Assembly (NCBI GenBank): GCA_902798425.1
Contig: CADBWR010000005.1
Coordinates: forward strand, 12,579 to 76,578
Direction: 5' to 3'
DNA: 64,000 nucleotides
Source of the DNA: an uncultured Bacteroidales bacterium
GTDB lineage: Bacteria; Bacteroidota; Bacteroidia; Bacteroidales; Bacteroidaceae
Part shown: one piece after another, positions 61,033 through 64,000 of the stretch
Numbering within the stretch: position 1 is the first letter of the stretch
Layout of the letters: the number at the start of each line of letters is the position of its first letter
Made by a program: the position numbers and the translations under genes
The notes under the pieces: model-generated
Databases searched by the model: none
The model's input: only the letters and a program-made list of their open reading frames with translations
What the model was told of the DNA's origin: nothing

Positions 61033-61263
61033 ATATAAGACTGTCAGCACTCCCTAAGAGGTAAAAGGTAAAGGACTACGTAATGTGAAGCCTCGGACGG
61101 TAAAAGGCTGACACCAGCTGGAGAGAGCACTGCTCCTGGCCCGTCATATCAGGGAAACCTCCAAAAGACATACGGACATGTAGCAAGGATTGGAAACTGG
61201 CTACGCTTTCCAAAGGTAAAGTCCGCAGAATATCCATTGATGTGGGTATCCTGCGGGCTTTTT
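61033..61263 (+). ncRNA. candidate about 230-nt structured RNA with its own promoter and terminator
   Basis: TTTG (60994-60997)-N21-TAccTTTG (61019-61026). Several internal stems (TGTCAGC/GCTGACA, AGCCT/AGGCT, TTGGAAA/TTTCCAA). Terminator GTCCGCAG...CTGCGGGC plus TTTTT at 61221-61263. Contains no ORF above the 60-aa cutoff in the transcribed (+) sense; the 66-aa ORF at 61076..61276 is antisense. Confidence 0.45.
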
Positions 61264-61409
61264 GTATGTCTCCCATTCAACTGTGATGCGTCGCGGCTCA
61301 CTGAGAAGATAATAAGAAGATAACTGCCATTCCGGCTCCGAGGTTCCGCGACACCTCGCCCGGGGTGGCATTATTGAAGTTGCACACGACACGAAGTAGT
61401 GTATTAGTA

Positions 61410-61739
61410 ATGATGACTTACAAAGAGACTAAAGAAATGGGGTGTACAGATATTGTGTATTGGAAATCTGAACCTCAGACAAACCCTAAGACAGGCAACG
61501 AGTTCTTCACTCCAGAGGATGCCAAGAGCCTCTTCGTTAAGCTTAAAGAAGAACATGCTAAAGAGATAGAAGAGGAACTTAATGATATCATCTTTAAACA
61601 CAATATTAGTGAGGATGAAGATGAGTTCGATGCAGAGTATTACTGGAAGATAGATAACTATATCTGGGAAGATGCTGCAAATCTCGATGACCTAATACAG
61701 GAAGAAGAAAACCACCCTGATTGGGTGTGTCATTCTTAA
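61410..61739 (+). CDS. highly acidic hypothetical protein
   Basis: 109 aa from MMTYKETKE. By hand count about 30 D/E against 10 K and no R. Confidence 0.55.
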   Translation: MMTYKETKEMGCTDIVYWKSEPQTNPKTGNEFFTPEDAKSLFVKLKEEHAKEIEEELNDIIFKHNISEDEDEFDAEYYWKIDNYIWEDAANLDDLIQEEENHPDWVCHS

Positions 61740-61744
61740 CAATA

Positions 61745-62240
61745 AGGCGCTCTTTGAAAGACTGAACGATATTGGGGAATGCGGCACTCGAGCCATGGGA
61801 GAAGCGGGAGGCGGTCACGGCGGCCTCGGTAGGACCGGCCCATGAGCGTAGCGGTTCCCCATCTTCTGGTACTCTTAATACCTGCGCCTTTGAGCGTGTC
61901 GGCATTAGCCATCCTGTTGTTAAGTACCAGATTTCGCCTGGCATGACAGTGTGGGAAGCCTTGGGCATAAGAAGGTACAGGTGCGTCCCCCTTTGCAGTA
62001 AAGCCCATGAGCGACACTGTGCCAGGCCCCCAAACAGGACGGACGCAATAGTCCTGAAGCTGCACACTGCCGGACGGAGCAGTTCCGAGCATCCCGGTTC
62101 TTCCGTTGAAGACAACTCAGACAGGAGTGCAGCATTTTGGGAGGAGTTGCGGGAACGGGTTTCATCGACGCGTTCACTTAGACCAGCCTCCCATTTGCCG
62201 AGCGGCTGGTTATCGATGGTGGCAGCTCTTTCAAGAGATT
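61745..62240. other. about 0.5 kb ORF-free, very GC-rich segment (candidate structured RNA)
   Basis: Line 61801-61860 is 44/60 G+C. Only overlapping nonsense ORFs on both strands. Ends can pair (GCTCTTTGAAAG at 61749 with CTTTCAAGAG at 62228). GCCCATGAGCG occurs twice. Confidence 0.4.
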
Positions 62241-62273
62241 CTTTATTTATTAACTTTTTAAATACAAACAATT

Positions 62274-62783
62274 ATGAAAAAGAACATTTTAGCGAAATTG
62301 ATGATGGTGGCCATGGTAGCCACAATGTGCATGACATTCACAGCCTGTGGCGGTGACAGTGATGATGACGACCTTAATAACGGTATGTCCGGCAGCACCA
62401 CGACATGGGTGGAGCCATACCTCCGTTGGGATGCTACCCTCGACCAGATCAAGGCCGACATGGCCACTCAGGGCTGGACGGCACAGGTTAGCGAAGGGAA
62501 CATCCTGCAGTTTGGCAACAACAGCAGATATCCTGGTGTCACGATGACGATGGGCGTGCTGAATAGCAGAACCAATACGCTGAGCACGACACAGGTGGCC
62601 TATATGAATGTCCCATCAGACTTTTTTAACAAGATCCTGAGTGAGGTGGTGACCCGCTATAATGCGACTTGGGAGAGTACTGGTCGGATATACTCTGGCA
62701 AGGGTGTCGCCAACGATAAGGATGTGTCGATTACCGTCACCAATGCCGCCAGTACCGTCCTCGTACAGTTCGTGAGACGCTAA
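62274..62783 (+). CDS. hypothetical lipoprotein
   Basis: MKKNILAKLMMVAMVATMCMTFTACGG lipobox followed by an acidic linker. Confidence 0.65.
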   Translation: MKKNILAKLMMVAMVATMCMTFTACGGDSDDDDLNNGMSGSTTTWVEPYLRWDATLDQIKADMATQGWTAQVSEGNILQFGNNSRYPGVTMTMGVLNSRTNTLSTTQVAYMNVPSDFFNKILSEVVTRYNATWESTGRIYSGKGVANDKDVSITVTNAASTVLVQFVRR

Positions 62784-62799
62784 CCGCCGTCCATTAGTT

Positions 62800-63186
62800 A
62801 TGAAAGCAACATTTGACGTAACAATCAAGATCGACAACAGAAATGTCGAGACATCCTTCGGAATGAAGGAGGGCGCACAGGATGTAGATGCCAATCTGAC
62901 GGGACTGGTACTGAAAATCATCACCAATGCCCAGAAGGAGTTGAAGGAGCAGTTTGACCGCTACTATGGTGTAACTACCGATGCGCCTTCACAGGAGTTG
63001 CTGCAGCAGCTCTACGATGGAAAGCTGACGCATCTGGAGTACGTCCAGAGGTCAGTAGAGTACCAGGAACCCTTCCGGCAGTTCTGCTTGGATCATCAGC
63101 TGCAGGAAAGCGACCGTGCTGCCCAGCAGTTCTTGGACAGCCTGCTGAAGGAAGAGGAGTCCGCTCATACTGACGGGCTGGATTGA
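62800..63186 (+). CDS. hypothetical protein
   Basis: 128-aa ORF, same strand as and close to its neighbours. Confidence 0.5.
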   Translation: MKATFDVTIKIDNRNVETSFGMKEGAQDVDANLTGLVLKIITNAQKELKEQFDRYYGVTTDAPSQELLQQLYDGKLTHLEYVQRSVEYQEPFRQFCLDHQLQESDRAAQQFLDSLLKEEESAHTDGLD

Positions 63187-63207
63187 CGAAATATCAATTT
63201 AATTAGA

Positions 63208-63444
63208 ATGATTATGGCAAAAGAATTAGATCAGCAGGAATTGGCAAAACAGGACACAGTCCTACTGCCTGGAGTATCTGAATATCGAAAAAATATTCAG
63301 GAGTGCATCAATAACCTTGGCGAAGTGCTCAATGAATTTGTGGTTAAGGAATCACTCAATAACCCAAATACGCTTGAATGGATGTCAAGGTATGTCGCTG
63401 AAACCAGAATGTTTCTTTCGACTCTTAAAAGTGACCTGAGCTAA
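63208..63444 (+). CDS. hypothetical small protein
   Basis: 78-aa helical ORF, followed by a terminator. Confidence 0.5.
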   Translation: MIMAKELDQQELAKQDTVLLPGVSEYRKNIQECINNLGEVLNEFVVKESLNNPNTLEWMSRYVAETRMFLSTLKSDLS

Positions 63445-63483
63445 GGCAATAATAACCAGGCACTACAAGATGCATATAATTAC

Positions 63484-63518
63484 GAGCTGCTACCCATCAC
63501 GGATAGCAGCTCTTTCTT
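63484..63518 (+). terminator. intrinsic terminator
   Basis: GAGCTGCTA-cccatcacgga-TAGCAGCTC followed by TTTCTT. Confidence 0.65.
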
Positions 63519-63602
63519 CGCCAAATCAATATCCACCAGTCACAGCAGAACTGGTGCAAAGATACTCATTTTTACCGATGCCGTCCAACTATGTTACTAC
63601 TC

Positions 63603-64000
63603 TTAGTTGTATTTCCTGTTAGTGCCTAACATGTCGTGAATATCGTATATGTGTTGTTCCTGAAGGAAAGTGTTTCCTCCACGTTCAACAGCTGCTTTCA
63701 GCAGGTTTGCCACCTCCCATCGGTCTGTAAATTGTGCCGATGGATGGCCTTCTATAATGTCATAAACAGCCTTTATCGACCAATAGAATGTCGACAGATA
63801 ACAGTCATGAGGAATGAAATTCACATCCTTCAGCTCACAATCCCCTGCGAACACCACAAGTGAATACATGGGCAGTGTTGCCATCTGCGGTGACAGTCTG
63901 CGAAGAGCCTTAATGTGGCCCTCGTTCTGCTTGAATGGGTTATAAAATCGGTTCCGATATTTTCCATATCCAGACACCTGTGTCCAGTAGTCTTGATTTC
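63603..64000 (-). CDS. NERD-domain-like protein, C-terminal part (gene continues past the right edge)
   Basis: The frame stays open upstream of the listed start (NQDYWTQVSGYGKYRNRFYNPFKQNEGHIKALRRL). The NPxxQxxxHxxxL pattern is typical of NERD nuclease-related domains. Confidence 0.6.
   Translation of the reverse strand, partial: NQDYWTQVSGYGKYRNRFYNPFKQNEGHIKALRRLSPQMATLPMYSLVVFAGDCELKDVNFIPHDCYLSTFYWSIKAVYDIIEGHPSAQFTDRWEVANLLKAAVERGGNTFLQEQHIYDIHDMLGTNRKYN

Larger units (their letters stand above)
50105..64000. mobile_element. integrative mobilizable element (tyrosine integrase + MobC-like/relaxase module); right end beyond the window, exact left end undetermined
   Basis: Abrupt shift to AT-rich DNA after about 50.2 kb. 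Carries integrase, SSB, HNH, oriT-like inverted repeats, MobC-like protein, relaxase, and many orphan small genes. No conjugation-pore genes seen. Confidence 0.75.

Noticed and set aside
61606-62356. 221-aa minus-strand and 194-aa plus-strand ORFs
   Set aside because: They overlap each other. Each also overlaps a flanking real gene: the minus-strand ORF overlaps the acidic-protein gene and the plus-strand ORF overlaps the lipoprotein gene. Their composition is driven by about 70% GC, so they are treated as non-coding.
1-64000. CRISPR arrays, rRNA, tRNA, tmRNA, RNase P, and known riboswitch cores
   Set aside because: No regularly spaced 25-40-nt direct repeats, no tRNA cloverleaf with a T-loop consensus, and no recognisable conserved cores were found by eye in any intergenic region. 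A cmscan or tRNAscan run would be needed to be certain.

Overview
The window reads as a Bacteroidota chromosome segment, probably Prevotellaceae-like. Evidence: recurrent TAnnTTTG -7 promoter boxes, no Shine-Dalgarno sites, PPi-dependent PFK, and a GT3 glycogen synthase next to a GT35 phosphorylase. All protein calls come from motif recognition in the supplied translations; no database search was possible.

Positions 1 to about 50,000 are dense, ordinary housekeeping DNA. Recognised genes include prs, pheS, murB, ruvX, def, ygiQ, pfp, ettA, an FtsZ-family gene, uxs, a TonB-dependent receptor, an HK/OmpR two-component pair, lepA, ispE, glycogen synthase and phosphorylase, rfbC and ugd. I found no rRNA, tRNA or CRISPR array.

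From about 50.1 kb to the right edge the DNA turns AT-rich and looks like an integrative mobilizable element. It carries a tyrosine integrase, an SSB-like gene, an operon of small genes ending in an HNH nuclease, an oriT-like inverted-repeat region, a MobC-like protein plus relaxase, small cargo genes, and a NERD-like gene cut by the edge.

The most unusual content sits inside this element:
- A roughly 1.2 kb ORF-free, GC-rich, repeat- and hairpin-rich segment (53.4-54.6 kb).
- A roughly 0.5 kb ORF-free segment reaching about 73% GC (61.75-62.24 kb).
- A promoter-to-terminator unit of about 230 nt (61.03-61.26 kb).
- An antisense promoter-to-terminator unit at the integrase end.
- A dense array of ACATGT palindromes.

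These are candidate large structured RNAs and/or single-strand DNA regulatory elements of a conjugative leading region. None matches an RNA family I can recognise by eye. Smaller oddities in the core region are a 24-codon hairpin-forming insertion in lepA, a 21-bp phased iteron array, and an FtsZ-family gene outside a dcw context.
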